Translations under genes and position numbers: made by a program | Part shown: positions 9,775 through 20,832 of the stretch, in pieces | How positions within the stretch are numbered: position 1 is the first letter of the stretch | Layout of the letters: the number at the start of each line of letters is the position of its first letter | From: Candidatus Babeliales bacterium | Lineage (GTDB): Bacteria; Babelota; Babeliae; Babelales; JANWKD01 | Length of the DNA: 64,000 bases | NCBI GenBank assembly: GCA_963722255.1 | Contig: CAVRJO010000001.1 | Coordinates: forward strand, 416,001 to 480,000 | Reading direction: 5' to 3' | The notes under the pieces: generated by a model | Database searches by the model: none | What the model was told of the DNA's origin: nothing | Seen by the model: only the letters and a program-made list of their open reading frames with translations

Positions 9775-11949
9775 GCCAAATCACTCGTTAGATACTGTTG
9801 TAAAAAGGTAACTCTCTTCATCATCTTATTATTTGTTACTGCCATGGCAACGGCCTTTGGCTGACCTATGATAATACAAAGTCTTTTAGCTCGTGTAATT
9901 GCAGTATAAAGCAGATTTCTTTGTAAGAGCATATAATGCTGCATAAATAATGGAATTATAACTGCTGAATATTCTGAACCTTGGCTTTTATGAATCGAAA
10001 GCGTATATGCTAAAACAAGCTCATTAAATTCATCAAACTCATATTCCACACTCCGTTCAAAAAAAATAACACTCATTTTTTTTTCTTCAAAATCAAGACC
10101 TTCAATAGTTCCACAATCACCATTAAAAACAGATTTATCGTAATTATTGCGAATTTGCATCACACGATCACCTACTTTAAAAATGGTGCCACCAAATTGG
10201 ATTGAGGGTCGATCTGCATGAGAATTCAAAAGAAGTTGCAGATCTTGATTTAGTTTTATTGTTCCTGCAATACCTCTATTCATAGGCACCAATACTGTTG
10301 CATCATCAGGAGCTATGTTAAAAGTTTTAAGGGTTGTCGAAAATATTTTTTTAAGATGCTCAATTACTAGTTCCGGTTTTTCTTCCTTGATAAAAAAGAA
10401 ATCTTTTTTTACATCGGGTAAGTATGAAATAGGAAATTCACCATGATTAACCTTATGTGCATTAACAATAATCATACTGTTCTGCGCTTGCCGAAAAATC
10501 TGTGTCAGCCGCACTATCGGGAATTTTACCGCTTGCAATCATATCATTCAAAAAGTTACCCGCCCCTACTGAAGGCAACTGATCACAATCGCCTATAAAA
10601 AGAACGTGTGCATGAAAAGGAACCGCTTTCAAAAGAGCAAGCGCCAAAAAAATATCGATCATTGATGATTCATCAATAATTAAAAAATCCAATTGCAAAG
10701 CATTTTTTTCATTATGCACAAAGCTCATCGTACCTACATCAAATTCAAGCAAGCGATGAAGCGTCATTGCATAGCGCCCCGTCCCCTCAATAATGCGTTT
10801 TGCAGCGCGCCCGGTTGGTGCTGCTAAACGATAAGTACAGGAATTTTCATCAAGAATTTCCAGTAACTTTTTAATTAGTGTTGTTTTACCAGTTCCCGGG
10901 CCACCCGTTATAACGGTTACCTTATTTTGCAAACAGGTCATTATACCATGCTGCTGATCTTCATTAAGGCACAGCGTTATGCCATCGTCACACGAAATTT
11001 TTTTGTACACCGCATCCAGATCAAACGATTTTTCTGTTTTTTGCTCCAATAAATTGTGCAATTTTGCCGCTACTCCTTTTTCAGAAAAATAATATTGTGA
11101 TACAGTAATATAATGATTATTTTCATAGGAAATAAGTTTAATTTTATCTTGATCATAGAGTTGATGTAGCGCCATTTTTAAAAGATCGGTACTTTCTTCT
11201 TCTAAAAGCTCAAGCAACTCTATCGTCTGTTTTTTGAGATCATCAAGCACACAATACAAATGCCCCTTAGTGGTTGCTTCACTGATTACAAAAATCATCG
11301 CAGCTTTAATACGTTTGACCGAATTTTTTTCTAAACCAAGCTTAAGAGCAATCGCATCCGCTGTTTTAAAACCGATACCCCATATATCTTCTGATAACCG
11401 ATAGGGATTATCAGTAACCAATGCGATCGATTCTTTACCATATTTTTTATAAATTTTGAGTGCATGCGCTGTGGAGACTCCTTTGTCTTGCAAAAAGACC
11501 ATAAGGTTTGAAATCTCTTTTTGATCATGCCATGCGGTAATAATCTGCTCAAGCCTTTTTTGTCCAATTCCTCCAACCTCTTTAAGTCGTTCCGGAAATT
11601 GATCAATAATAGTAAGAACTTGTGCACCAAAATAGTCAACCAACTTTTCTGCGTATACTTTTCCTATACCCTTAATAAGGCCTGAACCAAGATATTTCTT
11701 TAATCCAATGATCGATTCGGGTAGTTGTATTGAACAGCTGTGAATCTCAAATTGCCGGCCAAACTTCTGATGCATGACCCAGACACCCTTCAAGCATACT
11801 TGCTGGCCCGGTTGAAGATGCGATGCATTACCCTTTGCTATAGCAGAACTTTTATGCAATAAGGTAAGAGCGACAATGGCAAAATTGCTCTCCTCATTTT
11901 TAAACAAAATCTTATCAACAGTTCCAATAAGTTCTTCAATTTGGTTCAT
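9765..11949 (-). CDS. recD2: RecD2-like SF1B helicase, split by one extra base at ~10519-10521
   Basis: GGPGTGKT, APTGRAAKR, IIDES, GDCDQLPSVGAG in ORF 10462-11949; LTQIFRQA, HKSQGSEY, LLYTAITRAK in ORF 9765-10538; removing one C gives ASGKIPIVRLTQIFRQ. Confidence 0.9.
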
Positions 11950-12114
11950 AAAAGCACTTTTTTAAACACTAAAAATAGAGAGTATCATAGTATAGAGTAC
12001 CATTTTTAATTTTTTTTTATATTACGGCTTTCATTGCGTTTGATTGACTATTTATTATAATTACTTACGATATAACTAATTTGTACAATTAATTTTATAC
12101 CATAAGGATTTTTT

Positions 12115-13209
12115 ATGAAAAAAACTATTATTGCTCTAGTCCTTTCTTTAAGTTTTTTAAATACATCAGTTTATGGAATGGAGAAGAAAGCACCAAAAGC
12201 TGAAAACCTAACCCCTGAAGAAATATTTGAAAGAATATATCCATGCATTATTGATGAAGAAACAGCTTTGAACGCAACAGTAAATGTTAAGCCATTTCAA
12301 CCAGCTTTACAACCACTTCTTCATACCTGGCAAGTTAACTATGCTCGAGCTGCAAATAACAAAAAATTTTCAGAATCAGATATTTTAGCGGAGATTAAGC
12401 TATGGACCCGCATAACAGTAGAACAACCGTCTAATCCTATATATACATCCCCATTACATAAAGAAACAAACTCTGACAGAAATTCTTATCAGTTCCGAGA
12501 ATTTTTTATGAAATTAGCCTCAACAATTTATGTAGCAAGTGATGCTATTGCATTTTATAAGACATATGATGTAATTCGCCAAAATGAAGACATTATTGAT
12601 CAAATATTAGAAAGAAAAGAGTCTTCTCATTCTGCACCTGAAGGTGGTGAAAAGGAAGAGAAAACGTTTCGATTCCAAAAGACTAATGTATGGGAAGTGT
12701 TAACAAAGGGCTATCCAAAATTAAATGCTAGTGCAAATGTTGCAGAATTTCTGAATCATTTGTCTTTAGATTTTAATGAAGGAGTGTATGTGGTTGAGCA
12801 ATCTCATGATATAAGACTGTCGCCACAATCTACACGAGAAAAAGATTCCACCGATGAAAATATAGATGGACTCTCTATTTTGAAACTTATCAAAAAAAGG
12901 TTTCCTGGAAAAAAAATAGAATCGAACAATCCAAGATTACTTGATAATCTCAAGGAATCAATGTTCAGAACTGAAAATGATACGGTAATGATCAACTTTG
13001 CTAGCATTACACACAAACCAATAGAACCCAAAACCGAAAAAGAAGCAAACAAAAAACAAGCTCCTCTTGAAAACACCTCAAATACCAATAACACGGCAAA
13101 AAACAGCTCTAAATTCACACCTAACTCTTTTGCTTGCGGTGCTCTAACAACATTGGGAATTGTTGGCATTTGTTATATACCAAAATTATATCATTGGTTT
13201 CGCTCATAA
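12115..13209 (+). CDS. Hypothetical exported protein with C-terminal TM (signal peptide then G|MEK)
   Basis: 364-aa ORF, AAGGA RBS. Confidence 0.8.
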   Translation: MKKTIIALVLSLSFLNTSVYGMEKKAPKAENLTPEEIFERIYPCIIDEETALNATVNVKPFQPALQPLLHTWQVNYARAANNKKFSESDILAEIKLWTRITVEQPSNPIYTSPLHKETNSDRNSYQFREFFMKLASTIYVASDAIAFYKTYDVIRQNEDIIDQILERKESSHSAPEGGEKEEKTFRFQKTNVWEVLTKGYPKLNASANVAEFLNHLSLDFNEGVYVVEQSHDIRLSPQSTREKDSTDENIDGLSILKLIKKRFPGKKIESNNPRLLDNLKESMFRTENDTVMINFASITHKPIEPKTEKEANKKQAPLENTSNTNNTAKNSSKFTPNSFACGALTTLGIVGICYIPKLYHWFRS

Positions 13210-13219
13210 ATAAATTGTA

Positions 13220-13255
13220 AAGAGGTCATAGTATTACGCTATACTATGACCTCTT
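13220..13255 (+). terminator. 15-bp stem hairpin
   Basis: AAGAGGTCATAGTAT-tacgct-ATACTATGACCTCTT. Confidence 0.65.
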
Positions 13256-13278
13256 ACTATTAGCTGAAAGAATTTCCT

Positions 13279-13809
13279 ATGCGTATAACAATTTTGGCAC
13301 CATGCATCATCATATTTTTTTCACTGGCTCTTAATGCAATGGAAGAATCAAATGAAGAAAGTCATACAGCGTTAAGCTCTTCTTCTATCAATACTGTAGT
13401 AGATGACACACAAAAAACTCAGATTTTTTTTGGTACGCTAGAAACTATACCATTTCTTATCAAAAATGGAGCATCAATTGCACACCATGATTCTCGTGGA
13501 TATTCTGTAATCGATCATTTCATTTTTGAAAGAAAATTTCTAGAAGCAGCGTGCGCATTAGAACATGCGGATGAAAAAGCGGCAAATGAAGCAATCTCAA
13601 AAAAGACAAGCTATTTATTCACCGACCCCTACAACCATGTGCTTGAATTTTCTGATAACGATGAAATTCAAATTCATAAAATTCTTTATGAAAAGTCAGT
13701 GGTGATACAAGAAGGCGTCCTGGGACACTTTCCAAGAATTCTTACCATTCAAGACTGGATCGCTCTTTTTAAAATCATGGCTCCTTATTGCCAACGGCTT
13801 AATTATTAA
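13279..13809 (+). CDS. Hypothetical exported protein with one ankyrin-like segment (signal peptide then A|MEE)
   Basis: FLIKNGASIAHHDSRGYSVI resembles an ankyrin turn. Confidence 0.7.
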   Translation: MRITILAPCIIIFFSLALNAMEESNEESHTALSSSSINTVVDDTQKTQIFFGTLETIPFLIKNGASIAHHDSRGYSVIDHFIFERKFLEAACALEHADEKAANEAISKKTSYLFTDPYNHVLEFSDNDEIQIHKILYEKSVVIQEGVLGHFPRILTIQDWIALFKIMAPYCQRLNY

Positions 13810-14705
13810 AAATTTATCCCTGCAGTCCACCATGCCAGAATGATCCGTTTAACATTAAATTCATTGAACCGCAGCTCAAATCCATACGAGATTCCCCATG
13901 AGATAGCTGCATGGTAATTATTGATCAAAAAGCGATATTTATAATCAAAATAAAAACTATGTGCGCTATAAGCAAAATCTTTTGCCACGTCATCAAGCGA
14001 TGGCGAAATGGTTGCACCAAAGAAAAAAGTTGGGTTATAGCCAAATGAAACTCTATGTTTTTCTGGTTGCGTGCTAATACGCATCAAAACAATCAAGTCA
14101 GCCAGATTACCAGCACTAAATTTAAAACGCGTACCGCTAACTGTTTGCCTTCTTGGAAAGAAATGAATAAATCGTCCCGCCATCCTGATTGAGTAGCCAG
14201 GATTAAGCTCAGAAAAATTAAAAGCTCCACTGAGTTGTGCTCCTAACCCAACTTCACCATAACCAAATTGAGGATTTACAATTGATCTATCCTTATGCGT
14301 TGGTATGCCAAAAAGAACGGAAAGCGTTCCCTTTGTTCGTTCATTTGGTTCAAAACTATAGCCAGAATAGATAAGAAGGTCGTCAGTTTCTGCCTTTGAA
14401 AGATGTAAATCAATGTTTTTTGCTTGCACTTGGGCCGCTGCCCAATCTATTCGTATATAGAAGGGATCTGAAACATGAATATAGGTCGCCATACCTCCTG
14501 CATAATCTTCACGTTGACCAGTGTACTGATGTCTGTAAAGATTAAATGCTAATAATGAAGCAACCGAATAAGGCCCGGTAATTTCAGTGCGATGCCGTTT
14601 CGTTGTTTCTGCGATACGAAAGTTATAAACAATTGAGGTAACGCATATAAGATACGGAACATAACAAAAAGCCGTATAAAAAATTATAAGTTTTTTGATC
14701 TTCAT
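13806..14705 (-). CDS. Putative outer-membrane beta-barrel, paralogue 1
   Basis: Signal peptide, SIVYNFRIA motif, aromatic-rich strands, C-terminal WTAGINF. Confidence 0.65.
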   Translation of the reverse strand: MKIKKLIIFYTAFCYVPYLICVTSIVYNFRIAETTKRHRTEITGPYSVASLLAFNLYRHQYTGQREDYAGGMATYIHVSDPFYIRIDWAAAQVQAKNIDLHLSKAETDDLLIYSGYSFEPNERTKGTLSVLFGIPTHKDRSIVNPQFGYGEVGLGAQLSGAFNFSELNPGYSIRMAGRFIHFFPRRQTVSGTRFKFSAGNLADLIVLMRISTQPEKHRVSFGYNPTFFFGATISPSLDDVAKDFAYSAHSFYFDYKYRFLINNYHAAISWGISYGFELRFNEFNVKRIILAWWTAGINF

Positions 14706-14720
14706 ACTTCTTTCTTTTAC

Positions 14721-15617
14721 TTAAAAACTAAAACTCCACAAACCCCATACTGTTATAATGCGTTTGTTACCAAATTCTCTTGGCTCAAAATCAAAGCCAT
14801 ATGAAGCTGCTATCGCTAATGCTGAGGGGTGCATCTTTATATTAAATTTATATTTATAAACACCAAAAAAGCTATTACGTTTAAACTCTGATTGTTTAAC
14901 TGCATCAACAAGATCAGGAGTAATGGAGCCACCACATAACAATGTTGGGTTATACCCAATATCACAATGACTATTTCCAAATTTGATATGTAATGCAACA
15001 TAGAGATCTACTAAGGTACCTAAACTAAAATGGTAACTCTTTGAATCTATCTGTACATTCCGTTTAAAAAAATGAATAGCACGCGCAGCAACGCGCAATG
15101 AATAATCTTTAGTGTGTTCAGAAAAAATAAATGAACCATCGAATTGGCCACCAAGTCCTACTTGGGCAAATCCAAATTGAGGCTCAATGATACTGTGATC
15201 ATTATGTGTCGGAACGCCAAAAAATCCTGAAATAGTACATTTTGATCGCTCATTGGGCGCAAAGCTATAACCCGCAGAAAATAAAAGATCATCAGTTTGC
15301 GTTTTTACAAAAGTACCATGATCCGCATTAACTTGCGCAAATGCCCAGTCAACACGTGCATAATAGGTTTCAGGACTATAAATATAACTCACCATGTTTC
15401 CACCATAATTGTGGCGAGCTCCTGAATATTTATTCCTAAATTGATTAAATGGCGTTAACGCTAATGTTGACGGGTGTTCACCATTTTTGTCAAATGCTTG
15501 TCGCTTGGTGGTTTCAGCAATCTTTATGTTGTAAACAATTGAGATGCTACTGTATAGTTGAATAAAGTAAACTAAACAAACAACTGCTAGTAATGTTTTT
15601 ACTTTTAACACAAACAC
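14721..15617 (-). CDS. Putative outer-membrane beta-barrel, paralogue 2
   Basis: Clear paralogue of 13806-14705 (TDDLL, G-PTH, PQFG, GYNPT); ends WSFSF. Confidence 0.65.
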   Translation of the reverse strand: MFVLKVKTLLAVVCLVYFIQLYSSISIVYNIKIAETTKRQAFDKNGEHPSTLALTPFNQFRNKYSGARHNYGGNMVSYIYSPETYYARVDWAFAQVNADHGTFVKTQTDDLLFSAGYSFAPNERSKCTISGFFGVPTHNDHSIIEPQFGFAQVGLGGQFDGSFIFSEHTKDYSLRVAARAIHFFKRNVQIDSKSYHFSLGTLVDLYVALHIKFGNSHCDIGYNPTLLCGGSITPDLVDAVKQSEFKRNSFFGVYKYKFNIKMHPSALAIAASYGFDFEPREFGNKRIITVWGLWSFSF

Positions 15618-15659
15618 CTAATTTAGAAAAATTTAAACAACACATCATCACGAGGAACT

Positions 15660-16619
15660 CTATTTTCTCTTGGCTTTCTCCTTAGCCTCAAATTCAGCGC
15701 GTGCTTTTTCGCAACTATAGTAAAGTGCTTCTAAAAAATCAGTTAGATCGGTACAAAATTCATCCAAAGCACGGCAACTTGTCATCTTCTTTTGAAAAGC
15801 TACAACTTCTTGGCCTTCATCTACATTTGACCACTCAAGCAAAAAGCTATAGGGCCTACGATATTTCAAACAAAACTCTACTACTAGTTTTAACATCATG
15901 CTTTTAGTCCCTTCCATCTTGAGTGCGAATGGTTCATTAGCAGTAACAAAATCTTTGATTGCCATTTTCAGACAAGGAATCAAAGCCATCATTTTTTTCT
16001 GATACGTATCAGTTATTTCTTTTAATTCTTTAAGATAAGCATTTTTGTTTTTAATGTGTTTATGCTTTATCTCTTCTTCTTTATTAATAATAGTTTGTTC
16101 ATGCTGCCTTGTAACTTCTAATTGCATTTTAGTAAACTCGTATTCACATTCATCAGGATCTGAAATAGAACGTTTAATATGCTCACATTGTTCAACTATT
16201 TTTTTATCTATAGCTTGATCCAATGAAGATTTTACCATAATCCATTCATCCTTAAATGATTTTACATTTACATACTTTGCTTCCAATGCAGCTTTTTGTT
16301 CAGTAAATTCCTTGGTAAGAGCGCGTTCATAATCAGCAAGCCAATGTAAGGTTCTTACCTCTTCTTCAAAAGGATAAAATCCAACAAATTTTTTAGTTGA
16401 AGGATCTTGTATACCAAACTGAATTTTACGGATTTCACGTCGCACATGCAAAACGTCTCCCATGGCAACTGCATCTAATGCATAGGGTTTATTATCAAGC
16501 CACTTAATTATGGGACTCGTTAATCTAGGCTTTGAAGATGGAGGCGCATATACTAAACTACTCATTAAACAAGGAATAATCAGTGCTTTTTTCACAAAAA
16601 TATTTTTCATAGAAATCAC
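15660..16619 (-). CDS. Hypothetical exported coiled-coil protein
   Basis: 319-aa ORF, signal-like N-terminus, charged helical middle. Confidence 0.75.
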   Translation of the reverse strand: MISMKNIFVKKALIIPCLMSSLVYAPPSSKPRLTSPIIKWLDNKPYALDAVAMGDVLHVRREIRKIQFGIQDPSTKKFVGFYPFEEEVRTLHWLADYERALTKEFTEQKAALEAKYVNVKSFKDEWIMVKSSLDQAIDKKIVEQCEHIKRSISDPDECEYEFTKMQLEVTRQHEQTIINKEEEIKHKHIKNKNAYLKELKEITDTYQKKMMALIPCLKMAIKDFVTANEPFALKMEGTKSMMLKLVVEFCLKYRRPYSFLLEWSNVDEGQEVVAFQKKMTSCRALDEFCTDLTDFLEALYYSCEKARAEFEAKEKAKRK

Positions 16620-16645
16620 CTTTTTTAATTAAAAAAAATTGTTCT

Positions 16646-18247
16646 TTAAATAGCTGCAGAATAACGAAACGATAGAGTAAAATCTCTCCCTATACCGCTA
16701 TTCAAAATTGTATAATCACCATATACGGTAAGATTCCAATCAAACCAATCGCCATCTTCTCGATAATAACAAATCGTTCCAAAAATTTTATTTTGAAATT
16801 CACCCGGACGCGTTGCAATATCAGTGCGAATATTAGCTATTTGCAGTGGGTTAGCATGAATTGGTCCTAAACGTTCTCGATCTTGCCACCATAAATCATA
16901 GCCGATTCCAAAAGACCATGTTTCTCCAAAATAACCGCTCAGTTCTGATGCAAATCGTACAATAAATCCCGGATAAATACTGGTAGAATATACTTTTGGA
17001 ATGAATGTATCAATAAGTTGCATATTTAAGAAAGCTAACTTTTCAGGAGCTTGAGCAGGATCTGCACCTTCTTCCGTCGTGTAAGGCTCTCGTGCAGTGA
17101 ACTCTTGAGGAAACTTCTTTGTTATATAAAATCTTCTTTCAGATGAAGGGAAAAGATATTCTATTTCTCCTCGAGTTGTAATCTTAAATCGTTCATTCAA
17201 TGGCAAGTCGTTCTCAAAAAAGAATCCGGCACCAATATGACCACCATTACCCATGCTTACCTGCAAAAGATTTGCTGATAATTTATCAAAAGCCGAGACT
17301 AGAAAATCAATTGAAAGCTGTGTTACAAGATCAGTATTGGGCGGTGTTCCTAACGCTAATTGAAACAACGAAAGCAGATCAAATGGACAATGCTTTGAAT
17401 TTTTATTAAAATCTCCACCAATCAAACCTCGCTCAAAAGCAAACGCCGTAGGAAAGGTCATTAAGGCACCAACATTTAAACCAAAATTTTCTTGATCAAC
17501 TAAAAAACAACCCGCACAAACACGAGTGTCACCAAGCCCAAAGGCATCACTGACAAAATGCTCATGAAGCTCTTTTCTACTTGTTGATCCTGAATTATCG
17601 GTATCAAAAAAGTTTGAGTTCATAATGAGAGCCTGTTCCTCAGGCGTTACAAAAAAATTACGTTCATTATAATAAAATGGTGTCCTTAATTCTAGATTCC
17701 AAGAATCCCAAACACCAAAAGCACCAAACAGAAAACCTGTTCTACGCTCTTGCATTTTTAACAAACCAAGCAAAGCAATGGCATCCGGAATATTAATACC
17801 AAAATCATCCTCATCAATATCACGAATGATATTTTCATCATTGAGGTTCCAATATGAGGTAATATTGGTCCCTGCTTCAGTAAAATTATCAAGACTTGTC
17901 TGATTATAAAAAAACCAAGCACTGCCTTGAACACCACATTCAGGCAAGCAAAAATCATGCAAATAATTAAAAGGATAATCTAAAAGGGAACGACGCCGTT
18001 GATTTGCGGGAAATGTGAATAAGTATAAATTTGTTTGAAGCCTATCTTGCAATAACAAGGGTGGTGCTGCAATAAAATCAAGAACATCCTGCGCAGTTAT
18101 ATCACTCCCTGCCCGCACAACAAATTTCCATGGTACACTATCTGCTAAAGCATCTAATTCATCAATTTCATATTCAGCAACAAGCTTATTGTGCACGAGG
18201 ACGAGTAATAATCCCGCGCATAAGGCTTTACCTACATTTTTCTTCAT
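16646..18247 (-). CDS. Hypothetical exported protein, possibly outer-membrane
   Basis: 533 aa, signal peptide, aromatic alternating strands in the C-terminal part. Confidence 0.7.
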   Translation of the reverse strand: MKKNVGKALCAGLLLVLVHNKLVAEYEIDELDALADSVPWKFVVRAGSDITAQDVLDFIAAPPLLLQDRLQTNLYLFTFPANQRRRSLLDYPFNYLHDFCLPECGVQGSAWFFYNQTSLDNFTEAGTNITSYWNLNDENIIRDIDEDDFGINIPDAIALLGLLKMQERRTGFLFGAFGVWDSWNLELRTPFYYNERNFFVTPEEQALIMNSNFFDTDNSGSTSRKELHEHFVSDAFGLGDTRVCAGCFLVDQENFGLNVGALMTFPTAFAFERGLIGGDFNKNSKHCPFDLLSLFQLALGTPPNTDLVTQLSIDFLVSAFDKLSANLLQVSMGNGGHIGAGFFFENDLPLNERFKITTRGEIEYLFPSSERRFYITKKFPQEFTAREPYTTEEGADPAQAPEKLAFLNMQLIDTFIPKVYSTSIYPGFIVRFASELSGYFGETWSFGIGYDLWWQDRERLGPIHANPLQIANIRTDIATRPGEFQNKIFGTICYYREDGDWFDWNLTVYGDYTILNSGIGRDFTLSFRYSAAI

Positions 18248-18441
18248 CTATTACTTTCTTAACTTCAATATCAATCATTGTTAACGCTTTACCAAATTCA
18301 AAGCTCCTAAATTGGTTATTTATCTTACTGTATTTTTATTCGTATGACAAAAGAAGACAGATCATAATCTTTTTATTATTATTCTTCTATGCTAATCTTT
18401 CTAAGAAGTCAAAAAAATAATCATAAAAAAGGTTAACGCAG

Positions 18442-19626
18442 ATGCCCATGAAGCGATTACCAATTTTTATAAGTAATTTTCCAGAAATGATTAATGATGA
18501 GTATGCTTACATAGATAAAACTGAACAGATTTATAATCTGGTCAAAAATAAGGGATTTTATTTTCTTTCGCGTCCTCGTCGTTTTGGTAAATCACTCCTT
18601 GTTTCTACCTTAAAAGAAGTTTTTTTGGCAAATAAAAAGTTGTTTAACAATCTTTGGATTAGTAACAGCGATTATGTATGGGAAAAATACCCGATTATTG
18701 AAATCGATTTTTCACAGATACCGCGCTTAACAACAGATGAGTTTAGATCTGCGCTCAACCGGCATTTAAAAAACATAGCAGCCGAATATACTCTACTCCT
18801 TCCGGGCGATTTAAATACTCCTGAAGAAACATTGATAACATTGGTTAAAGGACTGAATAAACATACCCATAATAACATTGTCATTCTTATTGATGAATAT
18901 GATAAACCGATTATTGATCATATTCATAGCCATGAAGAAGCTACTAAGTATCAGGCAATTTTAAGAAGTTTTTACACAACCATTAAAAGTCTCGAGCACC
19001 ATCTTCATTTTGTTTTTCTTACCGGCGTCAGCAATTCCAAAAACATCGGTCTTTTCCGGAATTAATAACTTAAACGATATCTCTCTTAAACCTGAAGCTG
19101 CTCAGCTTTTAGGTTACACTCATGATGAAATACAGCATTATTTACACGAATATTGTGAAGAATTTGCACAAAAAGCTCATAAACCTCTCGAAGAAATTAC
19201 GAAACTACTCACCACATGGTATAATGGTTATAGATTTTCAAAATCACCAACTAAAGTATATAACCCTTTTTCAGTACTCTATTGCCTTCATGATAAAGAG
19301 TTTCAAAACTATTGGTTTGCTTCCGGCACACCAACGTTCCTTATAACATTGCTCAAAAAAGAGTATGAATATATTGAAAATATAGAAGAGATTGAACTTT
19401 CTCCTGAAAGCTTTGGCACGTTCGAACTCAATGATATTCCGCTTGTTCCTCTGCTTTTTCAAACGGGATACCTGACCATCAAAGATTTTAATGAGAGACC
19501 GGCATGTTTAAACTTGGTTTCCCGAATTGTGAAGTGCAAGAAACATACAAAGCCTTAATTGGTTTATCATTTATACATACCAATAATGAGATGCATTTAG
19601 AACATGTTGAAGAAGTTTTTAACTAA
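18442..19626 (+). pseudogene. AAA-ATPase/PD-(D/E)XK family paralogue with frameshifts and an internal deletion
   Basis: Nearly identical to 23675-25234 over the first ~700 nt; frameshifts near 19035 and 19497; jumps from FPN to the C-terminal IGLSFIH...EHVEEVFN*. Confidence 0.85.
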
Positions 19627-19850
19627 CAAAAATTCAATGAATTAAAACGACAAATGTCATTCCGAGGCAATCTTATTGCCGTGGGAACCCAGGCAATTAA
19701 ATTATTCTTTACAAAAGCATCGCTAACCAATATCAGTACGGTTCTATAGTATCTTTCAATTGCTTTTAATTTTTCTTTAAGCAGTTCTATTTCTTCTTGC
19801 AACGACGTAATTTTTCTTTCAAACTGTTCACATTCTGACCCCGATACCAT
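19623..19850 (-). CDS. Small hypothetical coiled-coil protein
   Basis: 75 aa, TAAGG RBS, directly follows the reconstructed stop of the ankyrin gene. Confidence 0.5.
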   Translation of the reverse strand: MVSGSECEQFERKITSLQEEIELLKEKLKAIERYYRTVLILVSDAFVKNNLIAWVPTAIRLPRNDICRFNSLNFC

Positions 19851-19906
19851 TTTACCTTATCCTGATTGATCAGTATTTTGCAAAGCACTTTTCTCCAAAA
19901 GATAAT

Positions 19907-20818
19907 AGACCTCTTCTGAAACTATAAATTTTATGGCATAATCATAATCGATTTATAAAAAAAGGGTAAGCGATTATGAAGTATGAAAAATTAAAAATTT
20001 CATCAGAAAAAAACTTTAGAAGAGTAACTGGAGTAAAACGAAAAACATTTGAAGTATTGGTTTCTATTTTAAAAGAAGCGCAAAAAATAAAAAAGGCAAA
20101 GGGAGGACGTCCAAATAAGCTCAGTATTGAAGAAATGCTTTTGATGACTCTTGAATATATACGGGAATATCGAACGTATCTTCATATTGCGACAAGTTAT
20201 GGCATTGCTGAAAGCAATGCATTTGAAGCAATACGATGGGTTGAAAATACTCTTATTCAAAGCAAAGAATTTAGATTGCCTGGCAGAAAAGCGCTACTGA
20301 AAAGCGATAATGAATTTGAAGTTATTTTAATAGATGCAACTGAAAGTCCTATTGAACGTCCTAAAAAAAACAGCGGAAATTTTATTCCGGTAAGAAAAAA
20401 CGTCATACTATAAAAACTCAGGTAGTTGTAAACAAAAAAACAAAAGAAATTGTTTGTACAAATTTTTCAGATGGTAAACGACATGATTTTAAACTCTTCA
20501 AAACTTCAAAAATTCACTTCGCAAAATCTACTGAAGTTCTTACAGATACAGGTTATTTAGGTCTAAAAAAAATTCATAATAATACTTCTATGCCAAAGAA
20601 AAAAAGTAAAAAAAATCCTTTAACATTAACAGATAAACAACGAAATAGAGAATTATCAAGCCAGCGTGTTTTAAATGAGCATGTAATTGGTATGATAAAA
20701 CGTTTTAAAATAGTTGCTGACAAATATCGCAATCGACGAAAAAGATTTGGGCTCCGTTTCAATCTTATTGCGGGTATCTATAATTTTGAGTTGGTTAAAT
20801 GAGTTTCAGAAGAGGTCT
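19907..20818 (+). mobile_element. IS5-family insertion sequence (ISL2-like), 912 bp
   Basis: Perfect terminal inverted repeats AGACCTCTTCTGAAACT; target duplication AAT (19904-06, 20819-21). Confidence 0.9.
19976..20802 (+). CDS. IS5-family DDE transposase, two ORFs joined by a -1 frameshift at the A8 run (20363-20370)
   Basis: IDATESPIERPKK then (-1) QRKFYSGKKKRHTIKTQ...DTGY...RVLNEHVIGMIKRFKI. Confidence 0.85.
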
Positions 20819-20832
20819 AATCTTTAACTTTT

